Assembly: GCA_002898395.1 (NCBI GenBank)
Contig: BEHE01000010.1
Location: 8,092 to 72,091, forward strand
Length of the DNA: 64,000 bases
Direction of reading: 5' to 3'
From: Candidatus Calditenuaceae archaeon HR02
Lineage (GTDB): Archaea; Thermoproteota; Nitrososphaeria_A; Caldarchaeales; Calditenuaceae
This document shows, piece after piece, positions 29,376-39,511 of this stretch (the stretch's first letter is position 1; each line of letters starts with the position of its first letter). The position numbers and the translations under genes were made by a program. The notes under the pieces were generated by a model that was given only the letters and a program-made list of their open reading frames with translations, was not told the origin of the DNA and searched no databases.

Positions 29376-30205
29376 GTGTTATGCGGGGCGACTTAATTAG
29401 GTCAATCCTTTTACATACGTTGGCAATTATAGCGTGCATATTAATTGTTTTTCCGATAGCCTGGCTAGTAATCTCTTCATTTAAGACTATGTATCAAATA
29501 TTCCAGATTCCGCCTCCACTGATATTTGAGCCCACGCTCGATAATTATCGAAGACTCTTTTTTGGTGGACAGCTAATGAACGCATTCTTCAATAGCTTAA
29601 TTATCTCAGCCATAACAGTAATAGTATCGTTAGTTTTAGCGATTCCCGCCTCATATTCCTTATCAAGGCTGAATAATGCTGTAGGAAGGAATATAGGATT
29701 TTGGATCCTCTCAGTACGGATGGCCCCCTCATTTGCAGTAATAGTCCCATACTTTATAATCATGTACCACTTAAAGCTCATCGATACAATATGGGCTGTC
29801 GCAGTCACATATCTAGTCTTCGCTATACCCTTCTCCACGTGGTTGCTAAAAATCACCTTTGAAGAGCTTCCGAGGGAGCTCGAGGAATCGGCCCTCGTAG
29901 ACGGAGCTACAAAGGCAGCGGCGCTTATGAGAATTATTCTTCCAAACGCCGTACCAATGATAGCTTCAGTAAGCATACTTACATTTGTACTCGCATGGAA
30001 CGAATTCCTGATGGCATTTATCTTAACTTCAAGGGACGCGAGGACAGTTCCTGTACTAATAACAGCGCTATCAGGAACACATAAACTAGATTGGCCAATA
30101 ATGGCCGCTATAACTACCATTTCAATGATACCTGCATTCATATTCATAACATTCGTGCAAAGATATTTGGTTAAGGGCCTTACGATGGGTTCGCTGAAGT
30201 CATAA
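29372..30205 (+). CDS. ABC transporter permease (MalG/UgpE-like)
   Basis: EAA-loop ESALVDGATKAAALMRIILP. 4-nt overlap with the upstream permease. Confidence 0.75.
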   Translation: MSVMRGDLIRSILLHTLAIIACILIVFPIAWLVISSFKTMYQIFQIPPPLIFEPTLDNYRRLFFGGQLMNAFFNSLIISAITVIVSLVLAIPASYSLSRLNNAVGRNIGFWILSVRMAPSFAVIVPYFIIMYHLKLIDTIWAVAVTYLVFAIPFSTWLLKITFEELPRELEESALVDGATKAAALMRIILPNAVPMIASVSILTFVLAWNEFLMAFILTSRDARTVPVLITALSGTHKLDWPIMAAITTISMIPAFIFITFVQRYLVKGLTMGSLKS

Positions 30206-30389
30206 CCATACTGGAATAATACCTCATGTTATGTCCAATCAGGGGATGCTTACGTAGCCTGAAATAATAAATGAGGTGGGTTGCTAGATGATATTAGTGT
30301 GAGATTGCCGCAATTAATTTTACCGCACTATTATGTGGTTATTGTCCTACACTTTTTGCTAAACTTTCTTGCCTTTATATATTGGGTAA

Positions 30390-31475
30390 TTACATGTTTA
30401 GTATAGTGCAACTGTTAAACCCAATAACAATCTCCTTGCCCTTAGAGTCTAGAAAGTTGAATCGTTCAGAGCCGTATGTGTCTACCTTTAGTACCAGCCC
30501 ATTAATGTTTATGTTTAATCTTACAATTGTTCCAATGAAGATGGCATCTTCAATAGTGCCCTTAAAAGAATTTAGATAACTTTCCTGATCATTAGGGTTA
30601 ATCACTTTTATGTCTTCTGGTCTTATGCTGATGAAGTATCTCTTCCGCTTGTCTAGGATGCTTGGATGCCTGACTTTTATCTCTAGTCCAGCAGCCTCAA
30701 GTGTCGCGATACCACTCTTCTCGTCATAATCCTTTATGCTCGTCTCTATGAAGTTAGTTGTTCCTATGAATGCGGCGATGAAAGGTGTTCTAGGATTCAT
30801 GTATATTTCAAGCGGTGTTCCTTCTTGTTCGATTCTCCCATTGTTCATGACGTAGATTCTGTCGGATATCGCGAAAGCCTCAGCCTGGTCGTGGGTCACG
30901 TATATCAACGTCTTCCTAGTCTCTCTTTGTATCCTTCTAATCTCGTACTTCAGCTCGTCCTTGAGCTTAGCGTCTATGTTGCTGAGAGGCTCGTCAAAGA
31001 GGAGGACCGCGGGATCAGTGGCCAGGACTCGCGCAATTTCCACCCTTTGGGCTTGACCACCGCTTAGCTGGGAGGGCATTCTATCCTCATACCCTTCCAT
31101 GTGTACCAGCCGCAGAGCTTCCTTTACTTTTTCCTTAATCATACTTTTTGGCATTTTCCTCATTTCTAGCCCAAAAGCAACATTCTTGTATACATTCATG
31201 TGAGGAAACAGAGCTACCCGTTGAAAGACGAATCCTATGTTCCTCTTGTCCGGAGGAAGAGAAGTGACATCTTTCTCGTCAAAAAATATTCGCCCCCCAT
31301 CAGGCGGTATGAGGCCCGCGAGTATACGCAGTGTTGTGGATTTGCCACAACCACTTGGACCAAGAATGGTTACTAACTCGCCTTCTCGTGCCCTGAGAGT
31401 AACCCTATCTACAGCAACGAATGAGCCATATCTCTTGACGAGATCTATGGCCTCCACTCTCGTCATAAACTCCAC
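30390..31475 (-). CDS. ABC transporter ATP-binding protein (PotA/MalK-like with C-terminal TOBE-like domain)
   Basis: Walker A GPSGCGKST, signature LSGGQAQRVEIARVL, Walker B LLFDEPLS, and a C-terminal approximately 120-aa regulatory or transport-associated domain. Confidence 0.8.
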   Translation of the reverse strand: MEFMTRVEAIDLVKRYGSFVAVDRVTLRAREGELVTILGPSGCGKSTTLRILAGLIPPDGGRIFFDEKDVTSLPPDKRNIGFVFQRVALFPHMNVYKNVAFGLEMRKMPKSMIKEKVKEALRLVHMEGYEDRMPSQLSGGQAQRVEIARVLATDPAVLLFDEPLSNIDAKLKDELKYEIRRIQRETRKTLIYVTHDQAEAFAISDRIYVMNNGRIEQEGTPLEIYMNPRTPFIAAFIGTTNFIETSIKDYDEKSGIATLEAAGLEIKVRHPSILDKRKRYFISIRPEDIKVINPNDQESYLNSFKGTIEDAIFIGTIVRLNININGLVLKVDTYGSERFNFLDSKGKEIVIGFNSCTILNM

Positions 31476-31480
31476 CCAGA

Positions 31481-32293
31481 TTAGATCATTATGGCCCCCC
31501 TCAAATATTTTGTGCCAAAGAATTTTAGATAGAGAACTACGATGGCGAGTGATACTAGTTGGAGGACAGTCGCCTCTGCGGCAACGAATGGCTGAATCCC
31601 TGCATGTCTAATGTCGCTGAAAACCTGTAGCGGAGCAGTCTTGACCCTTGTTGGACCGGATAATAACAGGGCAGTGATAAATTCATTCAACGATAATACC
31701 AGGATGAGGACAACACCAGCGGTAATGCCAGGGCCAACCAAGGGTAATGTTACTTTGAAGAAGGTTTTCAGTCTTCCAGCCCCAAGACACCTAGCCGCCT
31801 CTTCATAAACAGGGTCAAGATTCCTGAAGGCTACTATCGCGGTTAAGAGCGCTAAAAGCATGAAGCCGGTGGAATATGCAACTACAAATCCCCAGAATCC
31901 TAAGAGGAATTTATAGACAAAGTAATAACTTAGAACAAGTGCGAGACCATATGATATGCCAGGAACGTACCAGACGCCGTTAAGATACGTGAAGAGCAGC
32001 CTCTTAGCCTTAAATTCATATTTCACAAGGGCATAGGCCGCTGGGACGGCTACAGCAACATCTATCGCAACGGTAAGCAACGAAATTGAAACATTTACTA
32101 GCACCTTGTCCCAGAATGCTTCAGATATCATTGTGTAGGATTGGAATGATATTGTCATGCTGCCGTCAGGCCTGGTGACGACAACGGCCCTATAGAGAGT
32201 TATGGACAGGGGGAGGAGTATCGCTGTGCAAATGAGGATAAGGTAAAGATAAGATAGAGTGGATGAAAGTCTTTCATGCATTCTTCTGCTCAT
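31481..32293 (-). CDS. ABC transporter permease (PotC-like)
   Basis: EAA-loop EEAARCLGAGRLKTFFKVTLP. Confidence 0.7.
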   Translation of the reverse strand: MSRRMHERLSSTLSYLYLILICTAILLPLSITLYRAVVVTRPDGSMTISFQSYTMISEAFWDKVLVNVSISLLTVAIDVAVAVPAAYALVKYEFKAKRLLFTYLNGVWYVPGISYGLALVLSYYFVYKFLLGFWGFVVAYSTGFMLLALLTAIVAFRNLDPVYEEAARCLGAGRLKTFFKVTLPLVGPGITAGVVLILVLSLNEFITALLLSGPTRVKTAPLQVFSDIRHAGIQPFVAAEATVLQLVSLAIVVLYLKFFGTKYLRGAIMI

Positions 32294-33135
32294 CAGACCA
32301 GAACACCTCGGCTTAACTTAACCACAACGTAGAAGACAACCATAGTTATTGCTACGACCATGACGCCAATAGCAGCGCCCATTCCGAAGTCGGACGTTAC
32401 TAGGCTTGTTGTCCATATCTGGTTGGATAAGACTCTGGTTCCAAGTATTGGTCCACCGAGAAGTACAGGTATGGCAAGGGTGCCAAGATTCCATCCAAAG
32501 CTTGTTAGCCAGCCAGTTATTATTCCGGGAAGACTTAGCGGTAGGGTCACCCTCATAAAAGTCTTCAGTCTACTAGCCCCTAGGCATCTTGCAGCCTCTT
32601 CATATGAGCGGTCTATCCCTTGTAGTGATATGCCAATGTTGTATACCGCGAATGGTAAGGTATAAAGTGACATTCCAAATATAGCCATAGGGGCTGAGTA
32701 TAGGACATCTAGAGGTGATATGCCGAGGGCGTCAAGGAGGCGGGAGACAGGCCCGCCAGGAAGGATTAGATATAGGAGACCGTAAGCTATGTAGAGCTCG
32801 CCGAAGAGGGGTATAATTAGTATCGCCCTGAATACATCTGCAAACCGTGTGACTTTGCGTAGAAGTATATATGCAAATGGATAGCCTATTATTATATCTA
32901 TTACACCAGCTGTACCGGCCAAGAAAAATGTGTTCTGAAAATCTATCCTATATATTCTAAACATCTTGACATAATTGTCAAAGGTATAGATAGGTGAAAA
33001 GAAGAATGAATCTCTGATTGTAAAGCTCACAATTAAGATCATGAAAAGCGGCAAAAAGAAAAAGAGGGATTGGAGAGCGATAGCAGGGGTTACCAGAGGA
33101 AGCGTTACCCATCTACGTCCCACAGACGGCATCAC
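32293..33135 (-). CDS. ABC transporter permease (PotB-like)
   Basis: EAA-loop EEAARCLGASRLKTFMRVTLP. Confidence 0.7.
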   Translation of the reverse strand: MMPSVGRRWVTLPLVTPAIALQSLFFFLPLFMILIVSFTIRDSFFFSPIYTFDNYVKMFRIYRIDFQNTFFLAGTAGVIDIIIGYPFAYILLRKVTRFADVFRAILIIPLFGELYIAYGLLYLILPGGPVSRLLDALGISPLDVLYSAPMAIFGMSLYTLPFAVYNIGISLQGIDRSYEEAARCLGASRLKTFMRVTLPLSLPGIITGWLTSFGWNLGTLAIPVLLGGPILGTRVLSNQIWTTSLVTSDFGMGAAIGVMVVAITMVVFYVVVKLSRGVLV

Positions 33136-33147
33136 CTATTGTATTTT

Positions 33148-34461
33148 TCAGGCGCCTATCAATTCTTTATAAATGTTAATCCATTCTGGAGCATGTTCGT
33201 TCACATATAGCCAATCAATCTTCGGGAATTTTCGAGCTTCCTCAATGGTGGGAAAGACTTCATATATGCCTTTGGGTCCAAGAGCGTTTACCCAATCAGG
33301 CACGTATTGCTCATAGTCAGGGCCCAGAGGTCCTTCTTCTGTTCTTAACCAGAGTTCTTTCGTGTATTGTTTGTATTTGTTTATGTCGGGGAGTTGGTGC
33401 AATGGGCTAATTAACCAATCAGCAGCCACTTGTGCGAGGAGAGGATGCTCAACGTCTTTTGGAATCCATAGCACCCCCGGCAGGTTCGGGTGTTGGCTGT
33501 TAAACTTCCAAGGTAAAACTTGACTTCCCTTAAGCTCGGGTCGAGTTATAGAGTACCCTTCCCCTAAGGCGCACCAGTATGCAGAAACCCAACTTATGTC
33601 TCTGCCAAGCAGCTCATCTAATTCGGCTTCATCGCTGGTGTACTTTAAAACATTGGGGTGCACATTCTCTGCCACCCACTTAAGGACTTCTCTCATCTCT
33701 TCTGGGTTCTTATAATTCTTGCCCAGCTCTTGTGCCATTACGACAAGCCATCCCCAGAAGCCATTGTCCTCGAATACCCATAACGTTATTTTTCCTTCGA
33801 GCCTCTTGTCTGCCAGCGCACGCCAGGAATTGAACCAATCTCCAACCTGCTTTGTGTTTACTGTGAAATTCGCGAGAGCATGTTGCTGAAACTGTATTCC
33901 GTATGGTAGCTTTAAGAAGTAATAGTCAACCATTGCCGCATTTGGCACTAGTGGTGATGGTAGGAAGGGCATAGCTATTCCCTTTGCCACAGCTTCTTCA
34001 AAGAAATTTTCTTCGATGTGCATTATATCATATGGTGCTTTAAGACCTGCTGAGTACGCTGAATAAAGCTGGAACATGAATCCGCCCTTAGCCTCTTGGG
34101 TTCCCAGAATATCGATATCTACATTAACATCGTACATCATAGCCACATAGTCCTTAAACTCTTGGACAAAGGCTGTATCAACCAGGCCCCAGTATGTCCA
34201 ATTGGCTACTGTAAGCTTTCCCTCGCTCGCTAATGAGTCTTGGACCTCTTTAAAGGTCATATACTTGTTCACGATTGGTATCCACCGCTTTCCCTCCCAG
34301 CCTTTTTTAGCAACAGGCACCTCAACCTCCGTTGTTACTATTTGGGTGATCCTTTGTGGGAAGGCCAATGAACCAAGGGCAGCACCGACGACTAATCCAC
34401 CGACCGTCCCTGCGACGGTTCCTAGAAATGCGCGTCTATTTGACTTTGGTTTTTCGGCCAT
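33148..34461 (-). CDS. ABC transporter substrate-binding protein (PotD/family-1-like)
   Basis: 437 aa. N-terminal RRAFLGTVAGTVGGLVVGAALG TAT-like signal or anchor. First gene of a minus-strand SBP-permease-permease-ATPase operon. Confidence 0.6.
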   Translation of the reverse strand: MAEKPKSNRRAFLGTVAGTVGGLVVGAALGSLAFPQRITQIVTTEVEVPVAKKGWEGKRWIPIVNKYMTFKEVQDSLASEGKLTVANWTYWGLVDTAFVQEFKDYVAMMYDVNVDIDILGTQEAKGGFMFQLYSAYSAGLKAPYDIMHIEENFFEEAVAKGIAMPFLPSPLVPNAAMVDYYFLKLPYGIQFQQHALANFTVNTKQVGDWFNSWRALADKRLEGKITLWVFEDNGFWGWLVVMAQELGKNYKNPEEMREVLKWVAENVHPNVLKYTSDEAELDELLGRDISWVSAYWCALGEGYSITRPELKGSQVLPWKFNSQHPNLPGVLWIPKDVEHPLLAQVAADWLISPLHQLPDINKYKQYTKELWLRTEEGPLGPDYEQYVPDWVNALGPKGIYEVFPTIEEARKFPKIDWLYVNEHAPEWINIYKELIGA

Positions 34462-34699
34462 TTTCGAAATTGTAGAGATGGTAGCAGCATATAAATTTTA
34501 ACTACTAAGCTCTAATTGCTTTACTCAAAGCTAGCTATTTTGAGGAGGTAGTAGCTGTCCGGTCTGTCTGCATCCGCTCGGAAAGCCCAGACTTGTGCTG
34601 CTCAAGGATATCTCAAACCTTTCTACTTACACGCTTCTAAAGGAGACGTCATAACTCGAAGACCGCCTCGCCTCTGAAGCTGATAAATAGTTTGTATGT

Positions 34700-35131
34700 T
34701 TATTGCGGCTGTCTACTCCATATTAAATGGATGAGACCTAGAACTATTGGAGTCAGCCCGGACAGCAGACCTAGGGCATACATCGCTACTAAGTTGAAAC
34801 TGAATAGCCACCTCCACATGATCAGCATGATGAGTGTAGTCGTCACAACACCAGAGGATATCAAAAGAATCCCTACATAGCGTTTTGAACCTACGCTAGT
34901 CAGTAAGAATAAGGACGTTGAAGCTGCTTGCAACAGAAATCCGGTAACCCAGAGAGCTAGATATGGATGGGGGAGCAGGAGGGTCTGGAGCAAGGTGAGG
35001 TCGCCGAATAGGACTGATTGGCGCCCTTTTAAACCCATAGATGAGAAGGGCAGATTAACCCAAACCCAGTTTACAGCCAGCGATGAGATGGAGCCAGCAA
35101 ATAAAATCAGTCTAATGGCTCTCCCCATCAA
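34700..35131 (-). CDS. hypothetical polytopic membrane protein
   Basis: 143 aa with 4 hydrophobic segments. No family recognised. Confidence 0.35.
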   Translation of the reverse strand: MMGRAIRLILFAGSISSLAVNWVWVNLPFSSMGLKGRQSVLFGDLTLLQTLLLPHPYLALWVTGFLLQAASTSLFLLTSVGSKRYVGILLISSGVVTTTLIMLIMWRWLFSFNLVAMYALGLLSGLTPIVLGLIHLIWSRQPQ

Positions 35132-35294
35132 AGTCAGAAAACAGACCTTATGCTAAAAACCTTTACAAAAATTCTTTCAAATGCTCACAGGCATAATACA
35201 CAGAACCTGAAATATGCATTCCCAGGCGGGAATCTTATGGGGACAGAACATGGAATCAGCTATTATTACGTTGGCTTGAAGCGTACTCATTTCT

Positions 35295-35304
35295 TTTTAT
35301 ATAC
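35295..35304 (+). promoter_or_regulatory. TATA box (TTTTTATATA) upstream of M20 peptidase; implies leaderless start at GTG 35326
   Basis: Perfect TATA only 7-16 nt before the annotated ATG 35311. An in-frame GTG lies at 35326, about 26 nt downstream of the TATA centre. Confidence 0.4.
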
Positions 35305-35310
35305 CTCCAG

Positions 35311-36456
35311 TTGTATGAAAATCCCGTGAAGGTTGAGGAATTAGCAGCCCAACTAGTATCTTTCCCAACCGAGATGCCGCCGGGGAATGAGGAAGAGTGC
35401 GCAGCATATCTCAGAGACTATTTCAACGACTTGCATATAGAAGGGAGCGTGGTTGAAATGCATAGGTTTGCTGATAAGAGAGCAAACCTTGTTGTTCGTA
35501 TCGGTCCTTCAGGCAAGGCAGGGCTTCTCTTATCTGGGCATCTTGATGTCGTTCCGGCTGGTGATCCGACTTTATGGGACACCCCGGCCTTTGAACCTAA
35601 AATCCGCGAGGGACGACTCTATGGAAGAGGAGCTGCCGACATGAAGGGGGGAGTAGCCGCCATGGTTAAAGCTATTGAGACTTTCAAGAACAAAGAATTG
35701 GAGCGTGGAATAATCTTCGTGGCCACAGCTGGCGAGGAAATGGGCTTCGACGGGCTCAAGGCTCTCATCAGAGACGGAAAACTGAAGGATAATGATGCGC
35801 TTTATGGGGTTATTGGGGAGCCAACAGAGCTACGCCCAGTCAGGGCCCATAAGGGAGGCACAATATTCAAGATAACTTTTCATGGGCGTAGCGCCCACTC
35901 AAGCAGGCCCGACCTAGGCATAAACGCCATAGAGAACGCTGCGCATTTCATAGTAGAGTTGATAAATATGAGGAAGAGACTAGGCGAAATACAGGATCCT
36001 GATCTCGGGGCGTCAGTACTCTCCACAACAATTATCGAAGGTGGGATAAAAGAAAACGTAATACCGGAAAGCTGCCAAGTGGTCGTTGACTGCCGCAGAA
36101 TCCCATCACACAGCAGAGAATATATCTACTCAAAGCTCGAAGAATTAGCGTCAAGCCTCAGAGAAAGACTCCCCACCCTCCAGTTAACTATAGCGGAGAT
36201 ACTCAGCTACGACCCACTCAACACGCCGATAGACCACCCACTCGTTAAGCTATGCGAAGAAATTACAGGCCAAGCATCCGAAACCGCCCCGTACGGCACA
36301 GAAGGCTCACTATACCAAAAATTGAATATACCCACAATAATACTCGGACCTGGAAGCGTAAAGCAAGCACACATTCCAAACGAGTATGTGGAGATAAAAC
36401 AGCTCCACCAGGCACAATCACTTTACGAGGAACTCATAAGACGTATCTGCCTCTAA
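35311..36456 (+). CDS. M20-family metallopeptidase / deacylase (ArgE/DapE/CPG2-like)
   Basis: GHLDVVPAG and GRGAADMKGG motifs and a ...AGEE... metal-ligand region. The likely true start is GTG 35326. Confidence 0.7.
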   Translation: MYENPVKVEELAAQLVSFPTEMPPGNEEECAAYLRDYFNDLHIEGSVVEMHRFADKRANLVVRIGPSGKAGLLLSGHLDVVPAGDPTLWDTPAFEPKIREGRLYGRGAADMKGGVAAMVKAIETFKNKELERGIIFVATAGEEMGFDGLKALIRDGKLKDNDALYGVIGEPTELRPVRAHKGGTIFKITFHGRSAHSSRPDLGINAIENAAHFIVELINMRKRLGEIQDPDLGASVLSTTIIEGGIKENVIPESCQVVVDCRRIPSHSREYIYSKLEELASSLRERLPTLQLTIAEILSYDPLNTPIDHPLVKLCEEITGQASETAPYGTEGSLYQKLNIPTIILGPGSVKQAHIPNEYVEIKQLHQAQSLYEELIRRICL

Positions 36457-36553
36457 ACTCGCATGCTACGCATAGCTAACAAATAGCTAGGGGTAATTTT
36501 CTAGCTCAACTAACATTACAATCACGCCACTATACAACTTAAATACAACATTT

Positions 36554-37579
36554 GTGATGAGTGTTGGTGATTTGGAGGTAAATAGAGTTTCTTTAGGGTT
36601 TTATCCTACACCATTCCATCCAATGACTAACCTGTCCCGCCATCTTAAGGGTCCGCGGATATATGTAAAGAGAGATGATTTAACTGGTCTAGCACTAGGA
36701 GGAAATAAGACGCGCATATTAGAGTACGTTTTAGGGGATGTCGTGAGTAGGGGTGCCGATGTGGTGATTGCCACATCGGGGGTCCAATCTAATTGGGCTA
36801 GACAAATCACTGCAGCGGCAAGAATTCTTGGAATTAAGCCCGTATTAGTCCTAAGAACTGCTCAGTTTACAGGCACAAGTATTGACTATACTGGGAACCT
36901 ACTTCTTGACTATTTGATGGGGGCGGATGCGCGAATAGTTGAGGCCTCAATAAGGGATAACATTTTAAGGGAGATGGAGAAGGTCGCGGACGAGTATAGA
37001 GCTATGGGACATAATCCTGCAATAATCACCGATGAACCCGCGGTCGGGGTGTTAGGATATTATGATTGTGCACGAGAAATAATAGAGCAGTCGGAAAAGC
37101 TAGGCATAGAGGTTGATTATGTGGTGCACGCCACTAGTGGTGGGCCGACGCAGGCAGGGTTAATCCTTGGATTCTCAGCCGCGGGCAAAAGAACTAAAGT
37201 TATAGGGGTAAATTCCGCAGCATATGACAGGGCCACAACAGCATCTAGGATACGCAACTTTATAGAGAAAGGGGCCGAGCTTATTAATTTAGATAAGGAG
37301 AAGCTATCTAGTATCGCTGTAGAAGTACTAGATGGGTATGGCGATTATGGTGAAGCTACTGAGGAGGTCATTGACGCCATACTACTAACAGCGAGGCTCG
37401 AAGGAATAATTCTCGACCCTGTATACTCTGGGAAAGCCATGGCCGGCCTAATCGATATGATCCAGCAGAGGCAGATTGACAATGACGCTAACGTGGTTTT
37501 CATACATACTGGAGGCATACCCGCTGTATTCGCATATAAAGAACTATTGTTCAAAAAGATTCAAAGCCTGCCCCAATAA
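36554..37579 (+). CDS. PLP-dependent enzyme of the ACC deaminase / D-cysteine desulfhydrase family
   Basis: LALGGNKTRILEYVL contains the PLP-lysine motif of this fold-type II family. Size 341 aa. Confidence 0.65.
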   Translation: MMSVGDLEVNRVSLGFYPTPFHPMTNLSRHLKGPRIYVKRDDLTGLALGGNKTRILEYVLGDVVSRGADVVIATSGVQSNWARQITAAARILGIKPVLVLRTAQFTGTSIDYTGNLLLDYLMGADARIVEASIRDNILREMEKVADEYRAMGHNPAIITDEPAVGVLGYYDCAREIIEQSEKLGIEVDYVVHATSGGPTQAGLILGFSAAGKRTKVIGVNSAAYDRATTASRIRNFIEKGAELINLDKEKLSSIAVEVLDGYGDYGEATEEVIDAILLTARLEGIILDPVYSGKAMAGLIDMIQQRQIDNDANVVFIHTGGIPAVFAYKELLFKKIQSLPQ

Positions 37580-37584
37580 TATCC

Positions 37585-38595
37585 TTGACGATCCATATGA
37601 GGAAGGTTGGAGTGGGGGTAATCGGGCTAGGTGATTTCGGAGAAAGGCACGTACAGGCTATCAAAGCAATTCCATGGGCGGAGCTAATCGCGGTTTGTTC
37701 AAGGTCTGAGAGTAGGGCCAAAGAGGTGGCGCAAAGATACGGTGCGAAGAGATGGTATATTGATAGAAGAAAGATCGTGGAGGATGTGGAAGTAGACGTT
37801 GTTACAATAGCCACGGCTGACGATGACCATGCCGAACCCACCATACTAGCGAGTGAGGCGGGTAAACATGTTCTGCTCGAGAAGCCCATAGCTACAACAC
37901 TTGAAGATGCAGATAAAATCATATCGACTATTAAGAGTTCCGGTGTGATATTCATGGTGGGACACATTTTACGGTTCGACAGGAGATACAGGATGGTGAG
38001 GGAGATGAGACTGAGGGGCGAACTCGGCGAAATTATCTCGGTCTATGCCAGAAGAGTTGGCTCATCCCGCGCAGCCGAGAGATTTCTCAACAGAGTTTCA
38101 CCAATAGTCCAACACGGGATACATGATATAGACATCATCAGGTGGGTCTGGGGGAAGGAGGCAAAAAAAGTTTATGCAAATGCTATAAAGTTTAGAGAGT
38201 ATAAATATCCGGACGTCTTCTGGACCATTGTAGAGTTTGAAGGCGGTAAGGTCGGCGTAGTTGAGTGCGGTTTCATACTCCCAAATACATACCCACACTT
38301 CATAGACTCTTTCTTTGAACTTCTGTCGGAGGATGCAGCGATACACATATACACGCCTGGAGAATATTTCACCATCTATCATGATAAGCACTTATCTAAG
38401 CCTGACGTGACATACTGGCCCCAATTAAACCAGTATGCAGAGGGCGCGCTAAAAGATGAGATCGAGTACTTCTTACGATGTGTTGTGAGTGGGGTGCAAC
38501 CTGACCTCATAGCCCCAGAAGATGCGAGAAGAGCCCTAGAGATAGCCTTAGCAGCGGAAAAATCCGCTCTAGTTGGATCAACTGTGATGCTCTAA
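37585..38595 (+). CDS. Gfo/Idh/MocA-family NAD(P)-dependent oxidoreductase
   Basis: N-terminal Rossmann motif VGVIGLGDFGERH and the EKP motif (LLEKPIATTLEDA). Confidence 0.7.
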   Translation: MTIHMRKVGVGVIGLGDFGERHVQAIKAIPWAELIAVCSRSESRAKEVAQRYGAKRWYIDRRKIVEDVEVDVVTIATADDDHAEPTILASEAGKHVLLEKPIATTLEDADKIISTIKSSGVIFMVGHILRFDRRYRMVREMRLRGELGEIISVYARRVGSSRAAERFLNRVSPIVQHGIHDIDIIRWVWGKEAKKVYANAIKFREYKYPDVFWTIVEFEGGKVGVVECGFILPNTYPHFIDSFFELLSEDAAIHIYTPGEYFTIYHDKHLSKPDVTYWPQLNQYAEGALKDEIEYFLRCVVSGVQPDLIAPEDARRALEIALAAEKSALVGSTVML

Positions 38596-38739
38596 ACGTA
38601 TACAATGTAGCGGAGATGCTCTTGTATAGTAGTATCCTCTAACCCACTGTTATGAACTTTAGGTAAATTTGTTACATCTATGTTTAAGACTATGGTGTGG
38701 ATTAAACTTATCTCCTAGTGGAACATAGGCTTAACTGAG

Positions 38740-39483
38740 TTGAGAATAACTAGAGAAATTTACATGGTGGGAGATGGGAAGCGAGGGCTATCTCACCCAC
38801 TAGATTGTTGCATATACCTAGTAGATTGTGGCGGGATATATGTCTTGATCGATGCCGGTGTTGGATTAGATAGCCCGCGTATACCTGATAACATAGTTAG
38901 CGAGGACATTAGTCTCGACAAGGTTCGGCACCTATTCGTAACCCACGCCCACTCAGATCATGCTGGAGGTGCAAAATACTTCCAAGAGAACTTGAGTATC
39001 GAGGTTTTAGCACCTTCAATAGAATCAGAGATAATGTCTGCTGGAAGCGATGAGGAGCTTGGATTAAACATGACTCGCGGGTCCATATATCCTCCTGAAT
39101 ATAAATTCATGCATTGTAAGCCCGATAGGGTGCTGGTTGATGGTGAAGAGATTAAGATTGGAGGGAAAACCTTTAAACTGATTCAGGTTCCGGGGCACTC
39201 GCCGGGCGCTTCTTGTATCCTAGTTAAAGAGGAAAAGACCCTCTTTTCCGGCGATGTGGTCTTCCATGGCGGTACTATAGGCCTAGGTAATTGGCCTGGA
39301 TGTAGCCTAGATGAGTATAGGAAGAATATTGGAAAGCTAGGGGGTCTAGGCATTAAGAAACTCTTCCCTGGACATTTTCTCTTCACACTCGACGACGGAC
39401 AAAAACACATCGATACGGCTATAAATAATCTAAAAGGGCCATGGATACCCCCCGCGTGGCAGCATAATCATCCACATTACTAG
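38740..39483 (+). CDS. MBL-fold metallo-hydrolase
   Basis: HAHSDHAGG (HxHxDH) motif and downstream His/Asp ligands. Confidence 0.7.
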   Translation: MRITREIYMVGDGKRGLSHPLDCCIYLVDCGGIYVLIDAGVGLDSPRIPDNIVSEDISLDKVRHLFVTHAHSDHAGGAKYFQENLSIEVLAPSIESEIMSAGSDEELGLNMTRGSIYPPEYKFMHCKPDRVLVDGEEIKIGGKTFKLIQVPGHSPGASCILVKEEKTLFSGDVVFHGGTIGLGNWPGCSLDEYRKNIGKLGGLGIKKLFPGHFLFTLDDGQKHIDTAINNLKGPWIPPAWQHNHPHY

Positions 39484-39511
39484 GAAGACTCATCCTTTTT
39501 GGGAGGGTAGG

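Noticed and set aside
29545-30147. 200-aa ORF antisense to the MalG-like permease
   Set aside because: Antisense frame of a clearly identified permease (EAA loop present on the + strand). No recognisable motifs.
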